A DNA stretch of 64,000 bases from Amoebidium appalachense. Its lineage: Eukaryota > Protista > Ichthyosporea. Below, in pieces: positions 46,214 to 64,000 of the stretch. The translations under genes were made by a program, and so were the position numbers. Numbering within the stretch: the stretch's first letter is position 1; each line of letters begins with the position of its first letter. The notes below the pieces were generated by a model that had not been told where the DNA came from, made no database searches, and saw nothing but the letters and a program-made list of their open reading frames with translations. The stretch lies in contig CAVNZM010000003.1 in the NCBI GenBank assembly GCA_963693365.1, positions 4,770,472-4,834,471 on the forward strand, written 5' to 3'.

Positions 46214-46244
<31 letters not shown>

Positions 46245-46429
46245 GGGAGAGAGAGAGAGAGAAAGGAAAGGAGAGAGGGAGGGACGGAGGGAGGGAGAGA
46301 GAAAGGGAAGGGTAGATCTAGAGAGGAAAGCAGGGACGGATCCGGAGCTCGCGGCTCGAGGGGAGAGAGAGAGGTCCGGGGCCGGAACACACACACACAT
46401 ACACACACACACACACACACACGTACACA

Positions 46430-46464
<35 letters not shown>

Positions 46465-46538
46465 AGAGAGATGATGTGTGTGTGTGTGAGAAGAGAGCTG
46501 AGAGAAGGAGAGGGAGAGGGGAGAGAGAGAGAGACGGG

Positions 46539-46570
<32 letters not shown>

Positions 46571-46602
46571 AGAGCTGCAAGAGCGAGCCAGAGAGAGAGA
46601 TG

Positions 46603-46670
<68 letters not shown>

Positions 46671-46835
46671 AGAGAGAGGGAGGGAGGGAGGGAGGGAGGG
46701 AGGGAGAGAGAGAGAGAGGGGAGGGGGGGAGGGGGGGGGAGGGAGGGAGGGAGGGAGGGAGGGGGGGGGGGGGGGGGAGGGTCGAGAGGGAGGAAGGGGG
46801 AGGGGGGATTGTGGGGGTGGTGTGTGTGTCTGAGT

Positions 46836-46866
<31 letters not shown>

Positions 46867-47008
46867 GGGGTAGGGAAGGAGGGAGGGAAGGGAGGGGGAC
46901 GCGGGGCTCCCGAGAAGGGGGGGGGGGGGGGGGGGGGGAGAGGTAAAATGGACACAAGGGCCCGGGAGGGAAAGTTGAGAGTCCCAGATGTAGGGGCAGG
47001 CAGTCGAG

Positions 47009-47045
<37 letters not shown>

Positions 47046-47059
47046 ACCATTCTTTGGGG

Positions 47060-47099
<40 letters not shown>

Positions 47100-47529
47100 A
47101 TCACCACTTGGGGGCCCTTGCTATGGCAAAAAAACAAAAAACAAAAAAACAAAAGAGAATGTTCGGAGGCCGCTTCAAAAACGTGCAGATAACACCACGA
47201 GCCTTACTAATGCAGGATTTGAAGCCACTCCGCACATGAATCTGAGGCATGCGCGACTTAAATCTGCGATATTGGCTGGCCCATCTACATAATATTTTTT
47301 TATTGAACTTTACGTCATAATGAGTTGGTTACGTCATAATAAACAGGCCATAGGCCATATATGGTGTCTGACGTCACATTCGCACTTGCATCACCACAAT
47401 CAAATCAATCTTGAACTTATGGAGCATGCAAGCGTAGACTATTCTACAGTTTGGGCAATCATTTAGCACAAACCACAAACCATTGTAGTTCTTATACTTG
47501 AGAATACAACTAAAATTTGCTACAAATAT

Positions 47530-61600
<14,071 letters not shown>

Positions 61601-63008
61601 TTATTTTTTTACCCACCTAGCGAGCGATATTTGGTTTTGCGTCTACATTCCACCCAAGAGTACAGTAGAAAACTTTTATTTTATCCGCCTATCTCTAATA
61701 TGGAGAAAGTCAGGCAACACAAGGACTTTGATTGTGCCTTTAAGAAAGTATGCTGATTTGCGGAGAATCTTGTTGTATCTTCACTGCTCTGCCCCCCCCC
61801 CCCCCCCCCCCAAATAAAAAATCAAAATAAACACAAATAAAGAAGTAAAAATAAAAAAGTAAGATAAACTTAAAAATATTGAAATTAGCGCGCCCAGTTG
61901 CCCTCGTCTACAGTAGCTCTTTATGCCCAAACATCCATACGATTTCCCATACACCCATAAACATTCCCACCAACCCACAAGTTATTCACACATCGATACA
62001 CTTACTCCATACTCCATACATATTCCCACCCAACACCACAGATCTCTCACACAAAAAACGTGTTATGCACATACAATTATGTATTCTCCCAACACAGACA
62101 ATTAACACCACACACATACAGTTCCAACACACTATGCCTACATTCTTCCCCCACACATCCCACATGGGTCCCAACACAGAGAAATCACAAATCATCAATC
62201 AGCATGCTCCCCCCCCCCCCCCCCCTCCCCCCCCCCTCCCCCCCCCCCCCCCCCCCTCCCCCCGCCCCTCTCCCACCGGCGAGGCTGGGGTGCAAACCCT
62301 GGGCTATGTGTGTACTAGAATAGTTAGAATTGGTAACGGTGTGTCAGCTTAGCTGATAACACCGTTAGAACCCTAACTAGGGTGCAGTCGGTGCTGTGTG
62401 GAATACGGTAGTTCCCATGAGGCCCCCCTGGGGAGTCAGTCTCTCTGGGAGCAAAACGGGATTCAAAAAAAAACAAAAACAAAAAAAACAAAAAACAAAC
62501 AAACACCGCATCTCCACCAGACTCACATTTGCTCACACACGGCCACTGCATAGTCTGCCAGCACCTCTCCATCCAGCCCCCACCCTTCGAGCTCCGTCTC
62601 AACATGTCGTCGAAGAGCAGACACTGAGAGAGAGAGAGGGCAAAAAAAGTCACTCCCCCTCCCCCCCCCCCCTCGCCCCTGCCCCCCCCCTCTTTCTCTC
62701 TCTTCCGACCCCCCGACTCCCTCTCCCCTTGCCCCCCCCCCCCCCCCCCCCCCTCCGCCCCCAATAATATTAAAGATAATGATAATAGTAGTAATAATAA
62801 TAATAAATAAAAAAACAGAATAAAATAGAAAAAATAGAAAGAAAACACAACTGGAGGTGCCGAAGTTGTAAAGAATGACACAGTGTCTTGGTATACTTAG
62901 GGTTGATAGAAGTACGTTTGGTGTGTTCGATTGGTGCAGATTGTGAAAGTTTGGTAGTTCTAGGTTAGCAGCAAGCCAAGAAGCAAATTTATAGTTTTTC
63001 TTCTCTTA

Positions 63009-63048
<40 letters not shown>

Positions 63049-63939
63049 CTCAAAGAAAACAAACAGCACCAAAAAAATAATAATAAAAATAAAAATAAAA
63101 ATCTATGAGCTGACGGATAAGTAAAAATGTATGAGCTGACGGATATGTAGATGTGATACATCCACAACTGGTCCATTTTATTAGATATGAAGCATTTTAC
63201 TCTCGATTTTGCCCGATGTTGATTGTTGCTTCTACAGCCGGATGTCTAAGATGAAGCACCCAAAAATGAATAAAACATACTGTGTACGAGCGGACAAATC
63301 CCCAAGCAAGATCCGAACATGCACACTTTCTATACCCCTATTCAGCCTACTCTTTCCTTCTCTCCCAATTTCCTGAAGAACATTCTTCACGCCGCATACA
63401 ATCATCAAGCCTCTCCTCCCCCCTTTTTTTGCGAACCACAGCCGGTCCAGCCATAAATCTCATCCTAACAACCATCCAGCACAAAGAGAAAAAACAAAAG
63501 GATGCGTCACTGGGCAAGGCAGATGATATCGCAGGGGCGGGGGGGGAGGGGGGGAAGGGGGGGGGAGAGAGGCACGCACCAAAAGCTTTGTCATGGGATG
63601 TGGCCATGGCAGCAACTTCCCCACCACAGGGGTTCCTTTATTATCGTAGGGATGTAGAAGGTTTACCCAGCTTGCAGACTCAAAGTGGACAAAAACGTGT
63701 CTGTAATGAATTTCTGCGAATTAAAGTTTATGTGCTTACCGTGATCTTCTCACGCAAGGCGTTACTATCTCCTCGTGATCGTGAGTGTGCTGTTTATGGC
63801 TGAGAAGACATACGCTGCCTGCAAGCTCGAATCTATAAAATAAAGAACGACGGATACATGCAGACTCATGGGTCACCCATAGATTACCTTAGTATTCCTG
63901 TGTGTCTAACACAAATACCGGACTCCGAGCTCGATTGGT

Positions 63940-64000
63940 ATTCTCACGAGTGTCACAGGGCGCCACGAATTCTCACGAGTGTCACAGGGCGCCACGAATT
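63940..64000 (+). repeat. 29-bp tandem repeat, at least 2 copies, truncated by the window end
   Basis: ATTCTCACGAGTGTCACAGGGCGCCACGA x2 followed by ATT. Confidence 0.85.

Noticed and set aside
62396-63803. Possible additional gene fragments near the window end
   Set aside because: No recognisable motifs or consistent exon chain.

Overview
Eukaryotic genomic DNA, probably from a unicellular holozoan or similar protist (inferred, not provable here), with extremely low-complexity introns and intergenic DNA (G/C homopolymers, CA/GT, GA). 1-~11.2 kb is the right part of an endogenous Polinton/Maverick (adintovirus-like) DNA virus. It carries a Pro-rich 925+ aa ORF, small ORFs, a VLTF3-like late transcription factor and a ~1880-codon protein-primed DNA polymerase B (OTU-like, Zn-cluster, exonuclease, Vsr-like insert, Pol motifs A/B/C) broken at four points. 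A repeated CCAAT-motif array, a 71-bp terminal palindrome and a probable ...ACT terminus follow. 12984-22785 is a very young full-length chromodomain Ty3/Gypsy LTR retrotransposon (640-bp LTRs, CCCC target-site duplication). Its gag-pol junction is an in-frame UAG followed 8 nt later by an 18-bp long-range RNA helix, which suggests programmed readthrough. It sits in a local cluster of about 8 copies of a ~110-bp hairpin-forming repeat (11.7-28.5 kb). Host genes on the minus strand are LSm3 (3 exons), a D-type cyclin with an N-terminal LxCxE (8 exons) and a CUE/CCCH/Smr-domain protein. A decayed DIRS-type RT/RNase H fragment lies at ~34.9-35.5 kb. All calls come from reading motifs by eye; no database searches were run.
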